The notes under the pieces: generated by a model
What the model was told of the DNA's origin: nothing
What the model saw: the letters and a program-made list of their open reading frames with translations, nothing else
The model's database searches: none
DNA from: Scenedesmus sp. PABB004
Lineage: Eukaryota
DNA: 64,000 nucleotides
Reading direction: 5' to 3'
Assembly (NCBI GenBank): GCA_014905635.1
Contig: JABVCE010000030.1
Span: forward strand, 62,001 to 126,000
Shown: one piece after another, positions 1 to 11,029 of the stretch
Numbering within the stretch: position 1 is the stretch's first letter
Layout: the number at the start of each line of letters is the position of its first letter
Program-made: the position numbers and the translations under genes

Positions 1-1092
1 CCGCTGGGCGCGGCGGCGGGGCCAGCGCGCGGCGGCGCGCACCTCGGCCGAGATGCAGCAGTTGCGCAGCGCGCCGCTGCAGCCGCGCCGCCGCGCGAGG
101 CTGCTGCCGGGGCCCAGCTGCGCCGCGAGCGCCTGCAGGAAGCCGCGCCCCGGCTGCAGCAGCAGCTGCCGCCCCGGCGCCAGGCGCGTGGCGTTGACGA
201 GCAGCGACCCGATGTGCTCGCACGGGTCGGGCTCCCCCGGCAGCAGCGTGACGGCGCTCGTCACAAACAGCTTCAGCAGCAGCGCCCTGCGCCACGGCAG
301 GGGCGCGCGCGGCGGCTGAGCGCTGGCCGCTGCGCCGCGCCGCGCCGCGCCGCGCCGCGGCAGCTGCCCCCGCTGCCGCCGACGTGCGCGCGACGTGCGC
401 GCCCGCGCCGCGCACATGTGCAGGCCCTGCATGCCCGCCGCGCCCAGCTGCAGCAGGTCCTCCGCGCCCTTGTCCGCGACCGTCAGGTTGACCAGCAGCA
501 TCAGCTGCGCCGCGGCCGGACGGACGGCGGCGCGGCGCCGGCGGCGTCGCGGGCGGCGCGGCGCCGGCGGGGCGCCGCGCGCGCTGCCTCCCGCCGCGCG
601 CACCAGCAGCTCGATGTGGGCGCAGCTCTTGTCGCGCACAAACTCCATGATGCGCCCCACGGCGTTGAACTGCAGCAGCGCCGCCGCGAGGCCGGGGTCG
701 CGGCTCATGTTGACGAGCGCGGAGAGCGCGAGCCGCGACGCACCGGCGTCGCCGCCCGGCACGACCCGCAGCAGCGCGCCAGTCAGTGGCACCACCACTG
801 CCCGCAGCTGCGCCAGGCCCTCGGGGCTGGCGGACAGGCCGGCCACGATGTCGAGCGCCGCCGCGCGGACCTGGCAGCAGCGGCGTGGGCGGCAGCGGCG
901 GGAGGGGGCAGCGCCCGGTTCAGCCGCGGCAGCGGGAGACAGCGGGGGACCAGCTCATCGCGCCGCGCCGCGCCGCTGCTCGGCGCGCGGGCCGAGCTGC
1001 GCGGGGCGCGGGAAGCAGATGGCGGCGCCTCCCCCGCGCGCCTCGGGCTTGGCGGCCCCCACGAATGCGACGAGGTCTTGGAGGTCGTTCAT
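1..1092 (-). CDS. HGH1: HGH1/FAM203-family ARM-like protein (eEF2 chaperone); 5' part only, runs off the window start
   Basis: Spliced exons read MNDLQDLVAFVGAAKPE|VRAAALDIVAGLSASPEG...ALSALVNMS...|LMLLVNLTVADKGAEDLLQ...|DPCEHIGSLLVNATRLAPGRQLLL...RRRGCSGALRNCC, matching remembered HGH1 motifs. ATG at 1092. Confidence 0.85.
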
Positions 1093-2566
1093 GCTGCTCT
1101 CTGGCAAGGGCGCGCGGGCGCGCAGCAGGCGCAGGCGGCGGCGGCGGCTGCAGCGCAGCGCCGGGCGGGCGCCGTGAGGGGCCTGCGGAGGGCGCAGTCG
1201 AGCGCTGGTCAGTGCTGGGGCTCGCTTTCGGGCCGACCGTCGGCGGCGGCGCAGCGAGGTTCAGCGGCGGGCCGCGACCCGCGCGCCAGCCACGACACGA
1301 GCGAGCCGCGCGCGCTCGGGACGCTCGGGAGGGCACGTATGGATGCACGTGCTTACAGATTAGGTCTTGCCAGCGCCCAGCCTCGTGCCAAGCCTCGGCG
1401 AGCCCTTCGCCAGGGCTGCCCGCATTGCATAAGGGATGACGCCCCCCGAGCTCCCCTGCGCCAAGCCATGCCATGCACCAGACCGAACGCCCCGGCCCGC
1501 TGCCTCCCTCCGCCTGCCCACGGTGCACGCGCCACCAGGAAGCGGGGCGCGCAGAGCCACGGCCGCCACCGCCCAGTCGTTGCCGCCGGCTCGCGCACGC
1601 AGCCTCACCAAGGCTGCACGCGCGCCCAGCGCCGCTGCGGTGTGATTCGGCATGAGATGCACAGAACAGCGTGCAGAGCCGGCAGATCCAGGCGGCCTGC
1701 CCAGGTATGATGCGCTGCCGCGGAAGGGGGCTTCCCACGCACACGCTCTGTTCCGATGGGCTGCGCCGGAATCCCAGCGCCGCGCGCGGGGTGGTGCAAG
1801 GCGTCCTCGCCTCCCCGTGGCGCAGAACGGCCGGAGCGCGCCGTCTGCCCGTCTCGGCGGCCCGCAGAGAAAGAGCCGCAGACAGAGAAAGAGGAGGCAA
1901 CACACGGGCCACGCGGAGCGCCAGCATCACAGGCAGCAAGCGCCAATCACGCTGCTGCGCTCGACACGAGCCCGGGGCTGCTGCCGAGCGCGGCGCGCGC
2001 CGCCCATTCATTCATGGCAGGGCGGCGGCGGCGGCGCGCGGCAGCGGCACAAGTGCTGAACAATGCAATTGGGTTTAGCGTCAGGCTTCAAATCTGCGTG
2101 CGCGCCGCGGCGCGCAGCCAGTCGGCGCCAGCGTGCGGGATGGTTTGGGCCGACCCGGCGCGGGCAGGCGGGCCGGGTCCGAGCCGCCCGCTGCGGCCGG
2201 CCGGGCAGCTTGCGGGTGCAGGGTGAGTGGGGTGGGGCGGACACGCCGCATGATGCTGATCTATTATGGCGCTCTGTGATGGCGCTCAAAACGCCCTTAA
2301 AACCCCTCCGCCGCTGCAACAGGCACCCCCCCCCCCCGGGCGCGACGCAGTTCAGCAGCTCGCGTCACGTGCGTGGCGAGCTTGTCGCGCGTGCGCGGCG
2401 GCGCGGCTGGCCTGGCGGCCGGCCCCCAGCAGTGCTGGACGCAAGCGGCGCGCTCTGGTGCTGCCTCGGGTGGTGATGCAGGTCCGGTCCCCCCCCCCCC
2501 TCGGGTTGCGCCTTGCCCGCCCGGGCGCCGTGGGGCGGCCCCGCGGGCGGGCGGGCGGCCGCTGGC

Positions 2567-4049
2567 TCAGCGCCGCGTGCACGTGCCGGTGGGGCCCTGG
2601 CACCAGACGCGGAGGAGCGAGCCGTCATAGAAAGTGAGCGCGCCGGTGTTCTCCATGACAAACTGGAACGGCCCATCGCTGCTCCCGCCCGCGCTGGCGA
2701 TCGCCGAGAGCACCTCCTGCGTGACCGCGTTGACGACTACGACCTTGCCGTCCTGGCCAACCTTGAGCTGGTAGACCTGGTTGTTCAGCGTGCTGCCGCG
2801 CCTGCCCAAGCGCCAGTTGACCACCCAGCGCGTGCCGACGCGCTTCGAGACGACCAGCTCGCCGGTCTTCTGGATGCACAGCCGCCAGCCGCGGTTGGCA
2901 GAGTTGAGGCACGAGTTCGCGGCCACCGTGCCGCTGGTCAGCTTCTCGTCCATGTCGCTCTGCAGCGCGGCCGAGGGCTTGGGCGCGGCCGCGGGCGGCG
3001 CCTCCGCGGGCGGCGGCGTGCTCGACGGTGGCGGGTTGGTGAGGAGGGGGCGCACGTTGTTCCTGAAAAACTCGGCGCTGTTGATGTTGCCGGGCGGGCT
3101 GTAGTTGCAGACCGTGAACTCCGCGCTCCAGCCTGCCTGGAAGGCGGGGAAGTTCTCGCAGCGCTGCACAAAGCACCCGATCTTGGCGGACGAGAACCAC
3201 ACGACCTGCGTGAAGTGCCCCGCCGCCATGGAGAAGCCGGGGTTGTCCCAAGAGTACAACTTGATCTCGCCGTACCTGGCGGCCCGGGGGGGGGGGGGGG
3301 GGGGGGGCAGCGCGGCGGCAGGTGAGCGGCGGCGCGGCGCGGTGGCGCTGCGCGGAGCTGCGCGGCGGCGCTGTGTGCGCGCGCGCGGGGCACGCACCAG
3401 CCCTTGATGCCGGTGCGCATCGCGCCGGCGGGGTCGCCCGCGGGCGCCGAGGCGGCGAGGTTCTGGCCGTAGCCGTCGACGTAGTGCTCCCACTTGCACT
3501 GCTTCGCCCAGGCCTCGGCCTCGCTGGCGAGGTAGTCGTCCCACACCAGCGCCGGCGCGCCGTGCAGCGCGCGGAAGTCGTTGTGCATCTGCACAATCTC
3601 GGCGTACAGCGGGTCCATCGCCGCGGGCAGCGCCGCGGGCTCGACCCCGGGCAGCGCCGCGACGTCGCCGGGCGCGAACGACGGCACCGGCCCGCTCAGG
3701 CTCAGGCCGCCGGCGGGCGCTGCACGCGCGCGCGGCGCGGCAGGGGCGGCGGCGGCGGTGGGGGGCGTGTGAGCGGGGCCCCGGGCGCGCCGGGCGGCGG
3801 GGACGGCGCCTGCCGCGCGCCTGCCGCCGCGGCGCGGCGGCGGCGGAGCCGCGAGCGCGCCGCCGTTGGGCGTCACCGCGAACAGCAGCGCTTCACCGCG
3901 CGCTGCGCTGCCGGCGTGCGCGCGCCCGCGCGGCGCGCGCGGTCGGCCCAGGGCTCACGTTCTTCGGTCAGCACGCGCGCAGCCGCGCCCGCGGCGCTCG
4001 CGAGCGCCAGGCCGAGTACCAACATCGCGCAAGGCCTCGTGGCTGACAT
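2567..4049 (-). CDS. Secreted CAP/SCP/PR-1 domain protein with C-terminal bulb-type (B-)lectin-like domain
   Basis: Signal-like N-terminus MSATRPCAMLVLGLALASAAGAAA; CAP motifs HNDFRALHGAPALVWD, YGQNLA, GHFTQVVW, VCNYSPPGN; Pro-rich linker; then three beta-rich repeats LCIQKTGELVV / LKVGQDGKVVV / FVMENTGALTFYD...VW. Confidence 0.85.
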
Positions 4050-5172
4050 GGCGGCGCGTTCAGGTCTGCGGCGGCGGAACGAGCGCCGGGGGCGGGTGCG
4101 GGTGCGGGCGGGGGCGGGTGAGCGCCGCGTCGCGCTCGGCCGGGGGGCGGCATGGCGCGCCCGCGCAGCCAGGGCTTGGCTGATTCATCAGCCCTTCCCC
4201 CAAGCCCAAACAGCCACGCCGCCCCCGGCAGGCGGCGCCGGGCGCCAGGGCGTGGCATGGAGTCGCTGTCAAGCCCGCGCTGGGGGCCTGGCGGGGCGGC
4301 AGAGTATAAACCAGCCTCCTCACCTGGCCGCGGTGGACGGCGCGAAGGCTTGCAGAGGCGGGTGCGACTTCCAGCGACTTGGTCCCGAGCAACGCGGGGG
4401 CCTCGGAAGTTTTCAGCCGCGACCTCCTGCTGCTGAACCAGGGCCCAGGGCGCACAGACGGCTTCTCGCACCGGCGAAATTGCCGGCTCGCGGGCCAGCC
4501 GAGGCAATCAGTGCGGCACGCGGTCAGGCGCGGCGCGGGCGCGGCGCGGGAGGGGTCGCCGGGTCGATGCTGGAGGGCGCCGCAACGGTTGCTGGTGGAG
4601 CGGGGCTCGGGTCCTCGATGCGTGGAGGCAGTGTGGGGGCAGAGGAGTGCAGCTGTGCGGGCGGTGGGAGCCTGCCTGGAAGCGGCAGGTTCAGGGCGCA
4701 ACCTTCGGACAATGCCGACCCCCTGCCGGCGCCGCGCATTGGGGCGCAAGCCCGGTTCGTGATGGTGCACCACGCCGAGCACGCAGTCAGGCGGTCATTA
4801 ACCCACCCGCCTAGGCTGCGTCGCGCGGACGGCAAAGCTCTCGGCGTTTGCGGATCCCACCTCTCTCGAGCCGCTGCTGTTCTCGCTGCAGGCCGCTGGC
4901 TCGAACCCGGCGCGGAAGCAGCTACCTCAGGCCAAGTCGGGCTCTGGGAACAAGGCGACGCGGGGCGGCGGCGCTCCCACACTCAGTCTGCTGCTCTGGT
5001 CCGCCGTCAAGCTGCCGGGCGTGTCGCAGTTCCAGGCGCGCAAGCAGACCCTCGTGTTGCATGCTCATTCGTTTGCGAGTGCCGCCGTGCCGCAGCGTGC
5101 TCGCCGCTGTCGTGCCCCGCAGGCGGGCGCCTGCGGCACGCCCGCCCCCGCGCGGGTTGCGCCCGCGAGCTC

Positions 5173-8038
5173 TCACGCGTACCAGGGCGTGAGGCCGATC
5201 TGGCGCAGCCAGTTGACCTTGTCCCAGTCGACACTCGCCCAGTCGGCCTTGACGATGCCGCCGTTGGTGTCCGGTGAGTTGTCGTTCCAGCACCTGCGCA
5301 CGTGGCCGCACGCGCGTCGCCGCGCGCGGTCTCCGGCTGGCCGCGCGCGCTGCCCCGACCCGCACGTCCACCGCCCCCCCCCCCCCCCATCGTCCCGGCC
5401 CCTCCCAGGGAGGCGGGCGCACCAGTAGAACCAGTTGGTGATGGCCGTGTGCCGGCCGTCGTTGGCGGTGCCCTCGTTCTTGACGTACGACACCAGCCCC
5501 CGCATCGTGGCGTAGTCGCCCGGCGCGCCTGCGGCACGGCCGCGACGGGCGGGCCGGCGGGGGAGGGAGGGGAGGCGCGGCGACGGCGGCGGCGGCGGCG
5601 GCGGGGTGTGGGGCCGGGTGCAGCCGGAGCACCTACGCCTGCACGCCACGCCGCGCGCGCCGCGCACCTGCGTGCGGCGCGCTGAACTCGCCCAGCAGCA
5701 CGGGCCACTTGAGGCACTTGCCCGCCGCGCAGTAGCCCTTGGTGGTGAGGTAGCCGAAGCTGTCTGACATGCGCTTGTACAGCCCCGGCGGCTGGCGGGG
5801 CGCGTGGGCAGGCGCGGGGCGCGGGCACGGCGGCGCGCGGGCACGGCGGCGGGTCGGCGCGCGCCGCGCGGCCGCAGCGGCAGGCCGGGCGCGGCCGGTC
5901 CGGGCCGCACCTCCATGTGCTGCTTGGGCAGCGCAAAGGGGATGACGCTCTGCGCGTAAAAGTGGGGCCCCCACACCACGTTTTGCGCAAACGGGCGGCT
6001 CAGCAGCCACTGGAAGAAAAAGTTGGGGTCCTCGATGCCTGGCGGCGGCACGCGCGTGGGGGTTGGGACGCGTGGTGGTGTGTGTGTGTGGGGGGGGGGG
6101 GGGGGGGGGGGGGGGCACACAGCCGGCCAAGGGCAGAGCCCTCGCGCGCGCTGCGCGCTTGCCACCGCGCGCGCGCCGCCCGCGCGGCGGCGCGCACCCT
6201 GCAGCTCGTAGCGCGTCGTGCGCGCGCGCGCGCCGCTGAAGCTCCTGATAACGCCCGGGTCTGTCACAAAGCCGTCGCCGCTGGGGATGGCGTACCCGAT
6301 CTGGCCCGTGCCCTCCAGCACAAACACGGCGTCAGGCTGCACCTTGTACACCGCCTCCATCGCCGACTGGTACAGGCCAAACAGGCTCGGCCGGCCAAAG
6401 CGCGCCTGCACCCGCCGCCGCGCGGGGCGCAGCGCGTCGGGGGCTGCGCGCGCGCGGGGCGGCCGCCGCCGGCGGGGGCGCGCGCGCCAGCAACAACGAC
6501 TGTCGGCGCCGCCGCGCACCCGCCAGAAGATCTTTTTGTTGTCCGGCTCGTTGACCAGGTCATACATCACGTTGCCCGCCGACGGCGACTGCGCGGGCAC
6601 GCGCAGGCACGGGCGCGCATCGTCGCCCGCACGCCGCGGGCGCGGGACCCCGGGGCGCCGCGCGACCGCGCGGCGCGCGCACCTGGGAGATGGCGCGCGC
6701 GAGGCGGACCCAGCCGTCGACCCAGGCCTTGGGGTCCTCGTACGCGGTGGGGTCCTCCAGCCACACGTGCTGCGGCGCCCGGCGTGGCGCGGCGCCGCGC
6801 GTGAAGGCGACGCCCCCGGGCGCCGCGCGCGCCCGGCGCCCTCGCTCCTCCGACGCGCGGCCGCGCCCCGTCCCTTGGCCTCGGCCGCCCTGGCGCCCCG
6901 AGCCCGAAGGCGCGCCCTAGGCCCCTAAACCCTGCCACCTCCGCCCGGCTCACGTTGTCGATGACGACCTTGAACCCCCAGGCGGTGTACGTGTTGATGG
7001 CCCAGACGAAGCGGTCAAACACGTCGCTCGGCATGCCCACGTTGCAGCGCCCGTCGCGCACCGTCAGCGGCGCGCGCGGCTTGGGCAGCGCGCGCGCGTA
7101 CGGGTCGACGCCTGCGCCGCGGCGTGGTGCCCGACGTGGCGCGCGGCCCGGCGCGGCGCGCGGCCGGCGCGGCGCGGGGCGCAGGCGGGCGCACCCGGCG
7201 GCGTGACGCTGCGCCGGATGTCGTCCTCGGACGCGGGCGTGCACCAGTTGTAGTCAGTGCGGCCGGGGAGGGCAAAATCCCTGAAGCTGAACGGCAGGCG
7301 CACCGCGTTGAAGCCGAGCAGCATCTGGCGGTACACCTGCGTGCTAAAGTCCTTGGTCAGGCTCGTCTGGCCCGCCCAGAGGCCGTCGACCATGGTCTGC
7401 GCGTTGTTGAACCTGGCGGCGGCGCGGGCGCGGGCGGCGGCGCCGTGGGGGGCGCGGCGCGCGAGTGGCGGGCGCGGCCGGGGCGCCAACCTCGCCGCAG
7501 CGCCGCGGTGCCTTACCCGAACCAGTTTATCCTGCCGCGCAGGGCGGAGGGCGGCGGGGGCGGGGCACGACCGTCGGCGGCGGGCGCTGCGCCCCGCTCT
7601 CCACGCCCCCCGCGCGCGCGCGCACCCGTGCAGGAACTTGATGGGCTGCCCGTTATCCAGCAGCTGGTTGCCCCGCACGCTCAGCTTGGCTGCCGGCAGC
7701 AGGGAGTGGGAGTGGGCGGCGGCAGCGGCGGCAGGCGCGGGTGACGCCGCGAGCGCGTGCCCGACGGCGGCGCCGCTGCTGCCGCGCGCCCGGGAGCGCC
7801 GTGTGGCCAGTGCGCGAGCTGGGGGCGCGCCCTCACAGCCCTGAGGCCGCGGCAAGGCGCGGTGCCGCGTGAGCAGCTCCCGGTGCCGCCTGGCGCTGCC
7901 GCCTGGCGCACGCCTGCCGTCGACCTGCTGCCGAATTGGGTGAACGAGCCGCGCACCTGCGCCGGGCTGCGCCAGCAGCGCGAGCAGCAGCAGGCCCGCC
8001 AGCTCGCGCATTTCGCCGCCGCTGCGCCGCCGCCCCAT
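5173..8038 (-). CDS. Glycoside hydrolase family 5 (cellulase-like), probably secreted
   Basis: Exons give LSVRGNQL, INWFG|FNNAQTMVDGLW, GFNAVRLPFSF, YDLVNEPD (acid/base Glu), WGPHFY, VLLGEFS (nucleophile Glu), WFYW|WNDNSPDTNGG. Hydrophobic LAGLLLLALLA near the start; exact start codon uncertain. Confidence 0.9.
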
Positions 8039-8294
8039 CCCTGACGGCGATCGCGCTGGTCTCGCAGGCTGCTCCGCGATCAGCTGCCCGCGCTCGGCTG
8101 CGGCGCGGTGTCGGCGGCGGCGAGCGAGCGGCAGCGCGCTGGTGTGCAGCACTCGTCGGCGTTGCTCCAGCAGCGTGCACTCCGAGCACTGAGCACTAAG
8201 CACTGAGCACTCACAGAGCGACACGCGCGACAACGCTCCAGGACTCCGGCTGACTCTGCCGCGCGTCACTGACACAGCCCCCGCCCGCGCGTGC

Positions 8295-9719
8295 TCACGC
8301 GTCCGAGTCGCGCGTGCGCTGCGCGGAGTCCGGCTCGCCGTCGCCGCCGCCGCCGCCATCGCCGTCCCACGCGCGCTGCAGCAGCGTCGGCGCCGCGGCG
8401 GCGGCGAGGAAGGCGGCTGTGTTGGCGGCCAGCGGCGCGACGTCATCGGTGCGGACGAGCACCGGCGCCAGACCAAAATTGATGAAGACCGGCGCCCACA
8501 GCGGGCTGAACAGCAGCAGCCACACCCACTGGCGCTGGACGCGGCCTGGGCGGAGTGGCGCGGGCGGCGGGCGCGGGCGTCGGCGGGCGCGGGCGTCGGC
8601 GGGCGCGCGCGTGCCCCGCCGCGCGCCCCGCACCCACCCGAGGGCTTGATCCGCGCCACGGAGCCTGCCAGCAGGCCCGCCGCGGTCGCGCACACGAGCG
8701 TCGCGGTGTACTGCTCCGGCGGCAGGCCCGGCACGACCGCGCAGCCGTCGGGGCGCTCGAGGCAGTCCGCGATCGCCCCCGCCGCGCCCAGCAGCGCGGC
8801 GGCCGCGCCCTGCGGCGGCGCGGGGCAGGGCGGGCGGGACGCGCGCGGGTGCGCCGCCGCCGCCCCCGCTCCCGCGCAGCGCCCGCGCCGCCGCGCCCGC
8901 CCGCCCTCTCTCACCGCCCCCACCAACCCCCTGCCAGGCCCCCCCCCCCCCCCCCCCCCCCGCGCCCCACCTCGTCGCGGACGAAGAAGAGATTGCCGTA
9001 GCGGCTGCTCAGCTCCGACCAGAACGGGCGGCGCAGCACGCGGAGGACGCGGTCGCCGATGAAGCCCGGGTTGAGCACGTTTGGCGCGCTCGGGTCGACC
9101 TGCACGTGCGCGCGCGTCGCCCCGGCGCGCGGGGTGGGCGAGGAGCACAGCGGCGGCGGCGCCGCCTGCACACCGCCTGCACGCCGTCTGTCCGCCGCCG
9201 CACCAGCAGGACGACCGTGTCGGCGTCGAGGCTGCCCCAGAGCCCGCGCGGCGAGGTCGGGCCGTCGGAGCGCGCGTCGAGCGCATACGAGGTGTACACG
9301 CGCACGTGCCAGCCCCGCGCCGCCTCGAGCGCGCGCAGCCGCGCGGCCAACGCGTCGCGCGCGTCGGGCCGTAGCACGGCCGCGCCGTCGAACACAGGGT
9401 CCGCTCCCAGCTTGACCTCCAGCGCGGCCGCGCCGTGCGCCGACGCCGTGAGCAGCACGGCCGCGGCGGCGCTGGCCGCCGCGCGGCGCGCCGCCGCCGC
9501 CCAGTTCGTGCGGCTGCCCGACTGCTGCTGCGCCTGCGTCTGCTGCGGGCGGAGCAGCGCGGCCCGGAACACCGCGCGGGGCGCCGGCGCTCGCGCCGCT
9601 GCTGCGCTGCCGCACCGCGCCGCTGGGCGCACTGCTGCGGGCCGGAGCGCCGGCGCCCGCGCCGCTGCTGCGCTGCCGCGCCGCGCCGCTGGGCGCGCTG
9701 CTGCGGGCCGGAGCATCAT
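8295..9719 (-). CDS. TPM-domain (TLP18.3/Psb32-like) thylakoid protein, similar to thylakoid lumenal 15 kDa protein 2
   Basis: Arg/Ala-rich transit peptide with RR-hydrophobic lumen-type signal, then DPVFDGAAVL...LEAARGWHVRVYT, FWSELSSRYGNLFFVRDE, DGCAVVPGLP and C-terminal hydrophobic helices (WVWLLLFSPLWAPVFINFGL). Confidence 0.8.
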
Positions 9720-9952
9720 TGTGACGGCTGCTGTGGATTGGGGCGTGTGACGCGGCTGCTGTGGATTGGGGCGGGAGAACGGGGGAGTGCGCCTGCGGCG
9801 CGCGGCGAGCGGTTGCGCAGCACTCAACCGCGGCGCCGCAACCTGCCGCGCGCCTGACACCCTGCCCGCAGCTCTCGCAGGTGCCAATCCCGCAGCGTCG
9901 CTTCTCCCAGTCGTCGGGGGGCGGCCTGCGGCGCGGCGGCGGCGGGCGCGCC

Positions 9953-10995
9953 ATGGCGAGCAGCGTGAAGCTGTTCATCGACCTAGACGACACGCCCCAC
10001 TTCAAGCGCACCGTGAGCTCACCCGGGACCGCGTGGGGAGGCCGCCGGCCGCCGTCGCCAGCACAGCCGCGCGCGCCGCAGCAGCGCCGCGCCGCGCGCG
10101 CCGCTGCAGCCGCGCCGCGCCGCCCGCGTGCGGCGCCGCCGGCAGGTTGAGGAGTGCGCGAGCTCGGCCAAGCGGCTGAAGGACAAGTGCTCCGGTGCGG
10201 CGCGCCGGGGCCAGGAGCGACGCCGGCACGTGGCGCGGGCAGCGCTGACGCCCGCGCCGCTGGCGCGCAGGCCTGCTCGCGGGCGCGCGGCGCTACCGCG
10301 ACGCGCTGGCGGCCATGGGCGAGGCGCAGGTTGCCTTCGGCGCCTGCCTCGCGGAGTTTGGCTGCGGCAGCGACGAGGACAGCCTGCTCCTGGGTGCGGC
10401 GCGCGCCGCGCCGCGCCGCGGCAGCGCGGCCCGCGGCCCGCCGCCGCAGCCTCGGCGGCGGGCGGCGCCGCCGACCGCGCGGCGCGCGCAGGCTCGGCGG
10501 TGATGTGCCAGTTTGTGAAGGCCTTCAAGGAGCTGCACATGCCCATCGCGTTCCTCCAGGAGTTTGTGAGCGGCGCCCGCCCCGCAGGCCGCCCGCGCGG
10601 CGCGACCATCAGCAGCGCGTCCCCGCCGCGCGCGCCGCCCGCGCCCACGCCGCGCACCTGTCGCCGCGCCGGCGGCAGGTCGAGGCGAGCCTGATCGACC
10701 GCCTGCAGTCTGACTGGCTTGACGGCCACCTGTCGCGCGTGCGGGAGGAGGTCAAGGCCTACGAGCGCAAGTGCGGCGAGCACGAGGCGGCGCGGCTGAA
10801 GCACCTGGCCCTCAAAAAGGTCACGCGGCGCGACGTGCTCGAGCGCAGCGCCGCGGAGCTCTCCGCCGCGCGTGCGGGCGCCGACGAGGCGCGCTACGCG
10901 CTCGCGACGCACCTCAACGCTGTGCGTGCCGCGGCGGGCGCGGCGGGCGCGGCGGCGCGGGGGGGGGGGGGGGGGCGGGGGGGGGGGGGGGGGCG

Positions 10996-11029
<34 letters not shown>

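Noticed and set aside
2250..2300. Possible C/D-box snoRNA (ATGATG...CTGA)
   Set aside because: The box C match is imperfect, the spacing is wrong, and no terminal stem or guide could be identified.
8184..8211. (G/A)AGCACT x4 heptamer upstream of the GH5 gene
   Set aside because: Real but short; no evidence of function beyond slippage.
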